NCBI GenBank assembly: GCA_951406725.2
Contig: OX597834.1
Coordinates: 7,378,001 to 7,442,000, forward strand
Reading direction: 5' to 3'
DNA: 64,000 bases
DNA from: Octopus vulgaris
Taxonomy: Eukaryota
Shown: piece by piece, positions 1 through 13,419 of the stretch
How positions within the stretch are numbered: the first letter of the stretch is position 1
How the letters are laid out: every line of letters begins with the position of its first letter
Notes under the pieces: model-generated
Database searches by the model: none
What the model was told of the DNA's origin: nothing
The model's input: the letters and a program-made list of their open reading frames with translations, nothing else
Translations under genes and position numbers: made by a program

Positions 1-61
1 CACGCACAAAATAAGATAGTGATGGTGATGATGTATATGCAGTTCTTTCTTTCTTCCTCTG

Positions 62-120
<59 letters not shown>

Positions 121-139
121 ATACATGCATGCATGTATG

Positions 140-315
140 TATATTTAATTTTTTTAAAATTTTCTCTCTCAGCTTATTTCTGTGTATCTTTCTGTCGAAG
201 AGCGTAGGCTCGAAACTTAAAAGACTTTTTCTATTCCTAAGCGTTACACTAATACATCTGTTTGTTTTGTACACCACCTCTCTTCGTCTTATGTCTTTTT
301 CGTAAACTCTCCCCT
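140..315 (+). mobile_element. Short HHR-like element (family H1, putative PLE pLTR derivative) between microsatellites
   Basis: Contains tcttt-CTGTCGAA-gagc gtag gctc-GAAA-ct-TA-aaaga (187-224); homologous to 3040-3240, 10050-10410 and 37890-38000. Confidence 0.6.
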
Positions 316-683
316 ATATATATATATATTTATATATATAAGCAAAACAGCTTGTAGTAAAATCTCAAGAAGTGATCGAGTAGAAGCTATACAAAACAGT
401 AAAGCCAGTCGCCTCACCAAAGTGGCTGTTGAATGTTACTACTAGTTTAACCCCAAGCAGATTCTCCGCCAGCTGGTTATCGAGGAGATATTCGTTACCG
501 TTTATATATAATACAATTTCCAGCAGGGGGACCGAACCCCTATCACCCTCTCGTAGATAACAGGATCGTGAGACTGACTTTGTTTCGAGCTGTTTGGCTC
601 CTCCTCAGCCGCGAGCACCTGCATGCCAGAGCAATGGTCATTGTCCACTACTACTAACAATATATTGTAAACAAAGCGACCAA

Positions 684-1098
684 GGCGCAGGAGTGGCTGT
701 GTGGTAAGTAGCTTGTTTACCAACCACATGGTTCCGGGTTCAGTCCCACTGCATGACATCTTGGGCAAGTGTCTTCTACTATAGCCTCGGGCCGACCAAA
801 GCCTTGTGAGTAGATTTTGTAGACGGAAACTGAAAGAAGCCCGTCGTATATATGAATATATGTGTGTGTGTGTGTGTGTGTGTATTTGTGTGTCTGTGTT
901 TGTCCCCCTAGCATTGCTTGACAACCGATGCTGGTGTGTTTATGTCCCCGTTACCTAGCGGTTCGACAAAAGAGACCGATAGAATAAGTACTGGGCTTAT
1001 AAAAGAATAAGTCCCCGGGTCGAGTTTCTCGACTTTAAAGGCGGTGCTCCAGCAAGGCCGCAGTCAAATGACTGAAACAAGTAAAAGAGCAAAAGAGT
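684..1098 (+). mobile_element. tRNA-derived SINE family A (CORE-like body, internal TA/TG microsatellite, GTAAAAGA tail)
   Basis: ggcgcaggagtggctgtgtggtaag head, ggttcagtcc B-box-like motif, cttgggcaagtgtctt core, gactgaaacaagtaaaaga tail; more than 12 copies in the window. Confidence 0.9.
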
Positions 1099-1480
1099 AT
1101 CAGTCACTGATCTGCAAGAAGTAAAATAACAAGTTGTAAAAACTGAAGAAGAGACACGAAAAAGATAGAATAAATACCAGAGTTAAAATATAGGTACTAG
1201 GATCGATTTGTGTGTGTGCTGTTGGCTGTTATTTTTTATGTGGCTGACCGTCTTTACGTTTGACGTCCGAAAAACGGTATTCATGTTTACGTCCCGTAAA
1301 ACATTAATGATATAAAGGTGAATAATATTCTCTGAAATATGTTTTGTACTGATGGCGATAGAAACGAGTAAAAAGCTTCGAGGCAGTGCCCCAGCTTGGT
1401 CGCACTCTTACTATTGAAACACAGAAGGGAGTACTAAGTATATACCGTATATGTCTCAAGTCATAGATATGTTTGTCAAA

Positions 1481-1549
<69 letters not shown>

Positions 1550-1642
1550 AATCTATCTATCTGCCAGTCTGTCTGTCTGTCTATCTCTCTCTTTCTATCT
1601 ATCTATCTATCTATCTGTCTGTCTGTCTGTCTGTCTACCTAC

Positions 1643-1697
<55 letters not shown>

Positions 1698-1926
1698 CCT
1701 ACCTATCTATCTATCTACCTACCTATCTATCTATCTATCTATCTATCTATTTATCTATCTGTCTGTCTGTCTATCTGTCTGTCTGTCTGTCTCTGTATGT
1801 ATGTATGTATGTATCTATCTATCTTTCCATCTCTCTCTATCTTTCTTCCCTTCTTTCTCTCTATCTCACTGTCGGTCTCCATAAATACATAAATATGTGC
1901 GCACGTGTGTGTCTGTGTGTGTTTTT

Positions 1927-1970
<44 letters not shown>

Positions 1971-1987
1971 TGTTTCTGTGTGTGTGC

Positions 1988-2039
<52 letters not shown>

Positions 2040-2060
2040 GTATAAGTATACGTATATGTG
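1481..2060. repeat. Compound microsatellite (CTAT)n/(CTGT)n/(TG)n/(TA)n
   Basis: Seen directly. Confidence 0.97.
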
Positions 2061-2408
2061 AGATCTATGAGAGTATGAAAGTGAAAGTAAGGGAGACTAT
2101 AGCGAATGAGGACGGATGGAATCAATACAAGTAAAAGGGAGGAAGCTTGATGCCGGTCGGATGACAATGTGTCAAAGAGAATTACACGATAGAAGCTGAA
2201 ATGGTCGACTTCTGACCATGAAACCAGGAAAGGCAAGAATAATAAAGAAATATTTGTAATTGTGACGACGTCTTCTAGAAAGTACCAGTTTATTACACCC
2301 GTAAAGAAATGTTATCGACGAAGAATAAATAATCGTAAGAAATGCTAATCCACAACCGATTATTCTACTGATCGAATGTGGTTGTTCTTCTTGGTGATTG
2401 CCTTATAA

Positions 2409-2627
2409 CAGTGCTTTTCAAGCTTTTTACTGGAGCGAAACCCCAAGGAAACATTCCACTGGCTCGAGGAACCCCTGGGCAATAATTTAATAGTTTTATG
2501 CACACATATCTGCACAGGAGAATTAAAAATTACTGCCGATTTTCGAAGTATTGTAACTTCTTGCGGAACCCCTGGACTGTACTGGCGGAACCCTAAGGTA
2601 CCGCGGAACCCTGGCTGAAAACCACTG
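2409..2627. mobile_element. hAT-type MITE
   Basis: TIRs cagtgcttttca / tgaaaaccactg, exact 8-bp TSD ccttataa (2401-2408, 2628-2635), repeated subterminal ggaaccc motifs. Confidence 0.85.
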
Positions 2628-2749
2628 CCTTATAATATCTCTTCCTCATCAGATTCGGCCTAAAGTAAACCTAATAGACAACGACACTATTTGTTGGAGA
2701 GGTTGGGGAAGTAAAAAGAGGAGGGTGAAATATTGTATTGTTTTATGTC

Positions 2750-3430
2750 TTTTGTTTCTTTTACTTGTTTTAGTCATTTGATTGCGGTCATACTGGAGCA
2801 CCGCCGTGAAGCGTTTTCGTCGAACAAATCGGCCTCCAGAACTCACCTTTAAAGCTTACCACTTATTCTATCTGTTTCTTATGCTAAGCCCCTAAGTTAC
2901 GGGGACGTAAATACATCAACACCAGTTGTCAAGTGCTGAGGGAAGGACACACGCAGGCACATAGACATACCCACAGATATATAAATACATGCACACACAC
3001 ACAGACACACACAAACACACGCACAGTAAATTGAAATAAAACGTCAATTACAATAAACTAATAAGATTAACGAACAACAAGGGAACGTGCACAAGAAATG
3101 TATTAACATGACGCTCGGTGAAAAGAGAGAGTTTGACGTTTCGAGCCTACGCTCTTTAACAGAAAGGTCTGAGAGGAAAAGATGGATAGGGAACGGAAAG
3201 TATAGAAGAACAGAGAGAGAAAAGGAAAAATATGCAGGGATTTTATATATAATTATAAACACACACACGACGGTCTTCTTTAAGTTTCAGTCTGCCAAAT
3301 CCACTCACAAGGCTTTGGTCGACCAGAAGTTATAATATAGAACACTAGCCCAAAGTGTCACGATGTGGGACTGATTCCGGAAGCATGTGGCCGGGAAGGA
3401 AGCTTCTTACCACAGAGCCACGCCTGCGCC
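2750..3430 (-). mobile_element. Old SINE A copy interrupted by an H1 element (about 3040-3240)
   Basis: 3' part 2750-2940 and 5' part 3270-3430 match family A; HHR-like motif at 3131-3166. Confidence 0.75.
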
Positions 3431-4366
3431 TGTATCGGAATAGATGAGAGGAAGTAAAATTAAGAGATGTTAAAAAATACTTATGAACAAGACATGAGAA
3501 GGGGAAAAAGAAAAACTGAAAAAAATTGAAATTCGGAACTTGAAATTGGGAGGTGTGTTCAATATCTAAGTCAGGAATGAGTGGTTAGAGATATACCAAA
3601 CTGCCTTCAGTTTATTCTGTTCAGTGAAGATATGAAAGATTCTATCTTCTGTTACTCTTCTATAAGAACACCGGTGGATCGTTTGAATAATACTGGACGT
3701 TCAGGTGATATGTTAGAATCAATGGTTTAGAGGGATTGCTGTTTGTTAACCAGACCAATAAGATTCCTCAGTTGCAATTCTGCTGCATTCGTATGACGAC
3801 AAACTGGTTTATATATTTGGCAGTTAGCAAACAATTCCATCGCTTTACTAAGCTTTAAATGGAAAACCACAGCGATGATATTACTTTTACGATCGTATGA
3901 TTGCCATAAAACGATCTTTTCTAGATTTTCTTTCCGTTTGGAGTTGCAGGTGAAAGTAATAGACTTTGATGTGCCTGAGGAGCCGTCCAGAATTCATTGT
4001 CTTCCGTGTCAGATTGTGAATGTATTGAAAGCTACCAGGGAAAGTCAAAGGAAGAATGCAAACTGAACATGATCTGTTAGTTCTATCATTATTGATTGAA
4101 TCTTGCCTCTTGGGGATACATACATATATCTGAGACTTTATTTAATTCGTCTCAGAAATCTTCTAACGTAGAGCAGTCTCTTTAGATTGTACTTTAGCAA
4201 GCATATTCATTGTACACCGGTTGACAAGAATTTGATCTCAATGCAGATTCTTGGATGAATTGCCGCAAGGAAAGGACAGGATATAGATCTATGCGTGAAA
4301 CTGATTCTGATGTATTTAATTTGGCTTCTGTTAATTCACATTGATACTGTCTTAAGGAAAATTCTA

Positions 4367-4601
4367 TACCTATTTTTTTACTACCCGCAAGGGGCTGAAC
4401 ACAGAGGGGACAAACAAGGACAGAAAAACGGATTAAGTCGATTACATCGACCCCAGTGCGAAACAGGTACTTAATTTATCGACCCCGAAAAGATGAAAAG
4501 CAAAGTCGACCTAGGCGGAATTTGAACTCAGAACGTAACGGCAGACGAAATACGGCTACGCATTTCGCCCGACGTGCTAACGTTTCTGCCAGCTCGCCGC
4601 C
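4367..4601 (-). mobile_element. SINE family B (Meta-domain-like gcctttcatcctttcggggtcgataaa body)
   Basis: Full copy with TSD cttaaggaaaattctatacc (4351-4370, 4603-4622). Confidence 0.9.
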
Positions 4602-5415
4602 TCTTAAGGAAAATTCTATACCAACGTACTATAGGACCTATTTCAGTTACATTTTGGACATTATTTTTGGACATCACAATGATGATTTTGTTATGGAGAT
4701 CTTTGCAGATGTTGGCAGACACCTGCTGCATTAAGATGCATTAAAACGACAAACCTCTTTCATGATTGGCTTTTGATTCATCAATGACAAACTTCAAGGT
4801 GAATGCAGATTCTAAAGTATATTTGCAGCTCACGGCAGAAATCTTCTTTGCCATGAAACCCCTTAAGAATTTTCTCGTGTAGTAGGAAAGACAACGTTTT
4901 ATATTATAGACCAGTTTCCAGCAAAGTAAAGCCGCTGTACCCGCAAAAGTGCAGCAGCTGTACTAGGAAAGAGCTGATAAATTTTCTAATTTTGAGCAAA
5001 AATCCCTCTTATCCTTTAATAGATGGCATTATTGTACCTTATCTAATGTATTGCTGCCAAAAGAAGTAATTGGTATTTCTTGATGTTCTGCAAGAAATAA
5101 GAGGATTTCTATAAATAATAGGAAAAAGGTAACTAGAGTGTTCCCCTAGAGCAACAAGAACTGATAGTTTTTCTTACAGGATTATATTGCTGCCGTCAAC
5201 TCTTTTTATTTTGGGGGTAAATATAATTTTCACAAATTCAAGTCACGCTGCCAACTGAGGCAATTTTTTTTTTCGATGGCTTAGTCACGTCCATATTCAT
5301 AACACACATACCTCTCTTCCATTGCTCATCTGTTTACTGCTGAGAGCTAACCTCTGCCTATATTGCCGTTTTTGTTTTCCGTCTGGCGTGGTGTAATCCT
5401 GCGTGTACATGATAT

Positions 5416-5804
5416 GATGGATGGAAGCACTCCGTCGGTTACGACGATGAGGGCTCCGGTTGATCCGAATCAACGGAACAGCCTGCTCGTGAAATTAACG
5501 TGTAAGTAGCTGAGCACTCCACAGACACGTGCACCCTTAACGTAGTTCTCGGGGATATTCAGCGTGACACAGAGAGTGACAAGGCCGGCCCTTTGAAATA
5601 CAGGTACAACAGAAACAGGAAGTAAGAGTGAGAGAAAGCTGTGGTGAAAGAGTACAGCAGGGATCACCACCATCCCCTGCTGGAGCCTCGTGGAGCTTTA
5701 GGTGTTTTCGCTCAATAAACACTCACAACGACCGGTCTGGGAATCGAAACTGCGATCCTACGACCGCGCGTCCGCTGCGCTAACCACTGGGCCATTGCGC
5801 CTCC
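5416..5804 (-). mobile_element. tRNA-derived SINE family C
   Basis: Head ggaggcgcaatggcccagtggttag with A and B boxes; TSD gtacatgatat (5405-5415, 5805-5815). Confidence 0.9.
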
Positions 5805-6379
5805 GTACATGATATACATGTAAGCCAATCTGGCAATTACTGTTACAGTTCTGACTGCCATCCATCAATTGTCTCCAACTGTCGGGAGTTCGTTCTGTTC
5901 AAGGAAAGCTTCGTCGTCTCAAGAGGATTTCAAAGCGTATAGAACACTGCTGATAGATTCGTTTTCACTGCTCATTTATGTTTTATTGACATCAAAGCAC
6001 AATTGTGAATGAAGAAGTGGAAGTTAAAAATATGGGGACATTTTTTCCATGACATTGTTACTAGAAATATCTCTCGTAGCGAGTCACTTATACATACGAG
6101 GGAGGGCTTTGTTTTGTTGTGACCGTAAAAATATCTGCGCTAGTACACATACATACACACATAGAAACACACACACACACAAGCACACACACATCACAGA
6201 GAAATAATGTCGTATACAGATATACATACGTTCATTCATAGATACATAGATACATAGAGATAAATAAACGAACGTGTCCGGATGTTTTGTTGTCCTCTAT
6301 TGCGTTTTTGTTCCATTTTATAGAAACGATAAGAACTACGTGTGAATGACTAACCAGCCTTCGCGCCATAATTCTGTTA

Positions 6380-7430
6380 GACCTTCAACGACCGGATAAA
6401 GTTCAAAACTTATTCTAATAATAGCAGAGCTTGAAGCAATCCAGCGCCATTACACTAAAAGGCTGAAACAGTGCGGCGGAGGAGTCACAGGGAGAGGCTG
6501 AAAAAACTATAAACTTACTCCCTGGAGCGAAGGCGCGACAGATATCCAATAATCATAATCTACATATGGAAAACTCTAGAAGGGCTTTACCTAATTTCGG
6601 CATTGAGTGTTAAACAAATGCTAGAACGCAGGAGTGGCTGTGTGGTAAGTAGCTTGTTTACCAACCACATGGTTCCGAGTTCAGTCCCACTGCGTGGCAC
6701 TTTGGGCAAGTGTCTTCTACTATAGCCTTGGGCCGACCAAAGCCTTGTGAGTGGATTTGGTAGACGGAAACTGAAAGAAGCCCGTCGTATATATGTTTAT
6801 ATATATATGCGTGTGTGTGTGTTTTTATGTCTGTGTTTGTCCCCCTAGCATTGTTTGACAACCGATGCTGGTGTGTTTACGTCCCCGTTACTTAGCGGTT
6901 CGGCAAAAGAGACCGATAGAATAAGTACTGGGCTTACAAAAGAATAAGTGCCGGGGTCGAGTTGCTCGATTGAAGGCGGTGCTCCAGCATGGCCGCAGTC
7001 AAATGACTGAAACACGTATAAGAGTAAAGAGTAACTGGCCCGTCATTGTATTGTACCAAAGGTACCATCCACTCCATCTAAATTCAGGTTCAAGTACTGC
7101 GATGGTGTAAGGTTTAAAGGCCCAACAGCTCTTCAATGTCCCGTTACAAAATTTTTTTAAATTGCATAAAGTGGAAGTAGATGTCTTCAAAAAGGGACTA
7201 GACAACGTCCTATCTACAATAACGGATGAACCAACAGCGTGACATAAGGAGCAGACGACTATAGCTGAATCAAACTCACCTATACACCAAATTGGCCGAC
7301 AGAGGGGACAAGGGCGCATACAGGTGTGGTAATGTGAACCACCCCAGACTAAGAACATTAGCAAGACAATGATAGTGCTCCAGCATGACCACAGCCGCAT
7401 GGTTGAAGCAAGTAGCAAAGTAAAAGAGTG
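6380..7430 (+). mobile_element. 3' remnant of a CR1/L2-group LINE, interrupted by SINE A
   Basis: Frameshifted peptides IAELEAIQRHYTK, YSLERRRDRY, IYIWKTLEG, FKKGLDNVLSTITDEP; 3' end gtgctccagcatgaccacagc...aagcaagta. Confidence 0.75.
6627..7033 (+). mobile_element. SINE A
   Basis: Near-identical to 684-1098. Confidence 0.9.
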
Positions 7431-7516
7431 TGTGTGTGTATATAAAAGAGTTTATACACACACATACACACACATGCATGTATGTATCAATGTGGTGTGT
7501 ATGTGTCTGTGATAAT

Positions 7517-7748
7517 ACCTATTTCTTTATTACCCACAAGGGGCTAAACACAGAGAGGACAAACAAGGACAGACATAGGTATTAAGTCGAGTACATCGAC
7601 CCCTGTGCGTAACTGGTACTTAATTTATCGACCCCGAAAGGATGAAAGGCAAAGTCGACCTCAGCGGAATTTGAACTCAAAACGTAACGCAGACGAAATA
7701 CCGCTAAGCATTTCGCCCGGCGTGCTAAAGTTTCTGCCAGCTCGCCGT
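7517..7748 (-). mobile_element. SINE B
   Basis: TSD tctgtgataatacct. Confidence 0.9.
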
Positions 7749-7849
7749 CTGTGATAATACCTTACTGGTATAAACATCGTCAATCTCATTTTATTTCATG
7801 ATTAATTCCAATATAATGTCTTGTGTGCATAGGTGAATGCATGCATGCG

Positions 7850-8960
<1,111 letters not shown>

Positions 8961-9385
8961 GTAGGTATATATGCAGTCATATCTAGATTCTCAACTATAG
9001 TTATGATTTCATACATATCTATTCATTTATTTATAACTTTTTATTGTGCTTCCGATTCTACGTCCAGATTTCAACAAAGCTTTTCATATTTCTGGGATCG
9101 ATACATTAACGTTGCAGACAAGTGTATATCATCAAAGAGCTTCTCGCCACAAACTATCGCCTTCGTACTTAAAAAGGAACCGTTGCATCATATTCACACA
9201 CACACACACACACATACGCTGACAAATACATATGGCTGTGTGGTAAGAAACTTGCTTCCCAACCACCAGGTTCCGGGTTCAGTACCACTGCGAGACAGCT
9301 TTGACAACTGTCTTCGTTTAGAGCCTCGCGCCAACAAAGGCCTTATGTGTGGATATGATAGACGGACACTGAAAAAAACCCGACG

Positions 9386-9416
<31 letters not shown>

Positions 9417-9600
9417 GTCTCTGTGTGTGTGTCTCTCTATATATGAATATATATACATATATGTATATATATACGCACACACACATGTATATATATATGT
9501 ATTCCATATAAATAAGGATAAGATCGTTATTTTAATTAATGGTCAAACATATCAAGTGGTAGCGTGGGAAAAAATCCTTAAAGTTTATAATTATTATTAA

Positions 9601-9997
9601 AATTATAAATAAGGGTATCTAAGAGATACCACCATGCTTGAAATAGCAGTCAAAACCTGACTCTTAAAACCACACAGAAGTGATCAACACAGCACAAGAT
9701 GAAAAGACAAATAGTTAAGTAAACTAGTAAAAATTGGATAAACCCAGACCCTGGATTTCTGACTCTGTATAAAAATACTTTCCTTTCGTCAATGAAATAA
9801 AACCAAGAGTTGTACATAATTACATACATATACGCACAAACATACGAATACTCGCGTATACGCAGGTGTACATACATATATTAGTTTATCTACTTGACCT
9901 TTCAGTTTGTGCTGTATTAAACACTTGATGTGGCTTTTAGAGTCAGGTTTTGACTGCTATTGTAAGCATGGTGGTACCTCTTAGATCACCTTATTAA

Positions 9998-10004
<7 letters not shown>
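9601..10004. mobile_element. Fold-back element family H2 with an HHR in the spacer
   Basis: Diverged inverted arms at about 9601-9726 and 9881-10004; homologous to 37364-37789; HHR on minus strand at 9743-9796. Confidence 0.7.
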
Positions 10005-10049
<45 letters not shown>

Positions 10050-10052
<3 letters not shown>

Positions 10053-10410
10053 AGAGTTCATGAAAAAACAAAAGACTGTAGAAAACAAATAGATGTATTA
10101 GTATAACTTTCAGGAATTGAAAACGTCTTTTACGTTTCGAGCCTACGCTCGTCTACAGTAAGGGACACAGAAAAAATAAGGAGAGAAAAAAATGTGTGTA
10201 GTGGCTACCGATCTATCATGGCGAGAATTTACAAAGAAAAAAAAACGAAACAAAACAAAAGACGAAGACAGTTGTGTAAAAAACACACAGATATATTAGT
10301 TTAACGCTCGGGAAGTGAGAAAGTCTTTTACGTTTCGAGCCTACGCTCTTTGACGGAAAGGAACAGAGAAATAAACAGGGAGAGAAAATATAAATCGTTT
10401 AGTGGCTAGA
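10050..10410 (-). mobile_element. Tandem dimer of H1 elements
   Basis: Two units 198 bp apart, each with cttttacgtttcgagcctacgctc. Confidence 0.7.
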
Positions 10411-10411
10411 G

Positions 10412-10530
<119 letters not shown>

Positions 10531-10581
10531 GTGTGTATGTATGTGTGTGTGTGTATGTATGTATGTATGTATGTATGTATG

Positions 10582-10662
<81 letters not shown>

Positions 10663-11525
10663 ATATTTCTGACACAAATAAAAGATGAAAGATGAAAGAT
10701 ATAAGATATACAACCTAGCTTCATGCGTGTGAGTCGGATTTTGGTGTGTACAAATTATGCTTTGGTGTATACAAAATTGCTCTACTTCTATATAAATACC
10801 TAAATGTGTGTATGTGTGTGGTTTTTTGTAGACACATAGTAAGATGTTATATAAATCTGTGGCTAAACGCAAATATATCGCTCCATTTCACCCAACTCTA
10901 CCATCCTACATCTGCAGGAGTGTGATGGCTTAGGAGGTCTTTATTATGTCCACTTAGCCACACTTATGCAAACACACGCACACTCAGTCGCATATACTAT
11001 CAACAATTCTGTAGTGTCTTTTACTTTTCGTAGCATAAAGAAGTAAGTAAATTAAAATATCCGTGTAATTAATTTGCACAGTTATTTGACACGACGTCTA
11101 CTTGTTATGTTGGGTAGCGTACGTTGATCAATTAGAAAGCCATCACCAGTTCTTGCCAGCTGTATTTGTTTCCGTCTCCATCTTATTCTCTCTGAATTAT
11201 TCCTCCTCCTTCTTCTTCTTTTTCCCTTCTTCTCTTTCTCTCTGTGTCTGTTTTTGAGGACCTCTTACCGACTTGAGAAACGTCGTCTCTGTTTTTCTCT
11301 TATTATCAATAAGTCTGGTAGCAGACAAATCCTTTTGAAATTTCCTCTTTTCATCGTTCAGTTCTACGTCTTGTAGTTAATTGTACTTATCACTTCCTTT
11401 GTAAAGCTGTCGCTTTGTCTGAGTCGTCGTCCAACTATGTAAAATATATTGGTTTGTACCACATAACACACCAGAACAACAACAGATGCTTTAAGACAAG
11501 CTCCCCCCTTGCTAACACAAGATGT

Positions 11526-12290
11526 GTTTCTTTACTACCCACAAGGGACTAAACGTAGAGGGGACAAACAAGGACAGACAAATGGATTAAGTCGATTACA
11601 TTGACCCCAGTGCGTAACTGGTACTTAACTTATCGACCCCGAAAGGATGAAAGGCAAAGTCGACCGCGGCGGAATTTGAACTCAGAACGTAGCGGCAGAC
11701 GAAATACCTATTTCTTTACTACCCACAAGGGGCTAAACACAGAGGGGACAAACAAGAACAGACAAACGGATTAAGTCGATTACATCGACCCCAGTGCGTA
11801 AATGGTACTTAACTTATCGACACCGAAAGGATGAAAGGCTAAGTCGACCTCGGCAGAATTTGAACTCAGAACGTAACGGCAGACGAAATACCTATTTCTT
11901 TACTACCCACAAGGGGCTATACGTAGAGGGGACAAACAAGGACAGACAAATGGATTAAGTCGATTACATCGACCCCAGTGCGTAACTGGTACTTAACCTA
12001 TCGACACCGAAAGGATGAAAGGCTAAGTCGACCTCGGTGGAATTTGAACTCAGAACGTAACGGCAGACGAAATACCTATTTCTTTACTACCCACAAGGGG
12101 CTAAACATAGAGGGGACAAACAAGGACAGACAAATGGATTAAGTCGATTACATCGACCCCAGTGCGTAGCGGGTACTTAACTTATCGACCCCGAAAGGAT
12201 GAAATGCTATGTCGACCTCGGTGGAATTTGAACTCAGAACGTAACGGCAGACGAAATACGGCTACGCATTTCGCCCGGCGTGCTAACGTC
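11526..12290 (-). mobile_element. SINE B tetramer with 184-bp period
   Basis: gaaatac recurs at 11701, 11885, 12069 and 12253. Confidence 0.92.
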
Positions 12291-12494
12291 TCTTGTTATC
12301 TTTGTAGATCCCCATTTTTGTGGTGATCATCCTGGTTCTCTTTTCAAAATACTATTCTTCTTCCTTCCAGTCGCCAGAATTATTAGTTGTCTCCTATGAG
12401 ACAGAAAAAAACCTGGGTGACTATTTATATGTGATATAGATACAAGATCGCACATATAAGATAGAAATAGACGCGTAGCTGAAGATGAGTTAAG

Positions 12495-12770
12495 TTAATT
12501 TTTTGGCTCCAAAAGCAAAAAGCAAGGCCATGTAGGGGGACATGGAATTATGTACAGGGAGGGTGTTCATGCAAAGAGTTTAGGCCATTTCTGGTCAAGA
12601 GAGATTTTGAACCGAGCGGTCGTCGGCATCTTCACTATCTCGTCCGGCAGCTTATTCCACGGATCCGCAACGCGGACGGAGAAAGCCCCTCTCCTTCGAT
12701 TGAGATGAAATCGTCGCAGATAGAGCTTTTCGGAGTGACCCCCGCAGCCGACGCTCTGGAGCATTAAGTT
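12495..12770 (-). mobile_element. CR1-clade LINE 3' end
   Basis: GHSEKL...RRGAFSVRVADPWNKLPDEIV...FKISLD, the typical CR1 ORF2 C-terminus. Confidence 0.85.
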
Positions 12771-13007
12771 AAGATACCTTTCTTTCACTGCTCATGTGTT
12801 TACGACCCAGACCTAGCCTATACTTGACTTGCTTTTTATACTTTCCGTCTGACGTGGCATAGTTCTAGGCGTACATGGTCTGGTAATACTGCTATTGTCC
12901 TGATTCTCATCCATTAATTATCTCCAACTGTCGGGTAACGTTCTGTTGGAAGAGAGTCACACACTTAATCTCAAGTAAAAACATTCAGGGGATTACTCTT
13001 CTGTTCA

Positions 13008-13401
13008 TTTACTTGTTTCAGTAATTTGACTGTGGCCATGCTGGAGCACCGCCTTTTAGTCGAGCAAATCGACCCCAGCACTTATTCTTTGTAAGCCTAG
13101 TACTTACTCTATCGGTCTCTTCTGCCGAACGTCTAAGTTACTGGGACGCAAATACACCAGCATTGGTTGTCAAGCGATGTTGGGGTAATAAACACAGACA
13201 CACAAACATATACACACACATACATACACATATACATATATACGACGGGTTTCTTTCAGTTTCTGTCTACCAAATCCACTCACAAGGCTTTCGTCGGCCC
13301 GGGGCTATGGTAGAAGACACTTACCCAAGGTGCCACGCAGTGGGACTGAACCCGGAACTACGTGATTGGTAAGCAAGCTACTTACCACACAGCCACTCCT
13401 G
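13008..13401 (-). mobile_element. SINE A
   Basis: Family match. Confidence 0.88.
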
Positions 13402-13419
13402 AAATATGTATGGCATTTT

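Larger units (their letters stand above)
3540..5980. repeat. Degenerate unclassified dispersed repeat, interrupted by SINEs
   Basis: 4075-4220 resembles 25580-25720; 5320-5900 resembles 12780-12950; no intact ORF. Confidence 0.5.

Noticed and set aside
1451-2134. Long ORFs of YLSI, YI, CV or MYVC repeats here and throughout the window
   Set aside because: Stop-free translations of microsatellites, not proteins
5470-5722. Recurring ORFs (MVVIPAVLFHH..., MRNWYLIYRP..., ...YDGLLSVSVYQIH...)
   Set aside because: Read-through of SINE consensus sequence; recurrence reflects repeat copies
11526-12290. CRISPR-like or satellite array
   Set aside because: No unique spacers; the units are SINE B bodies
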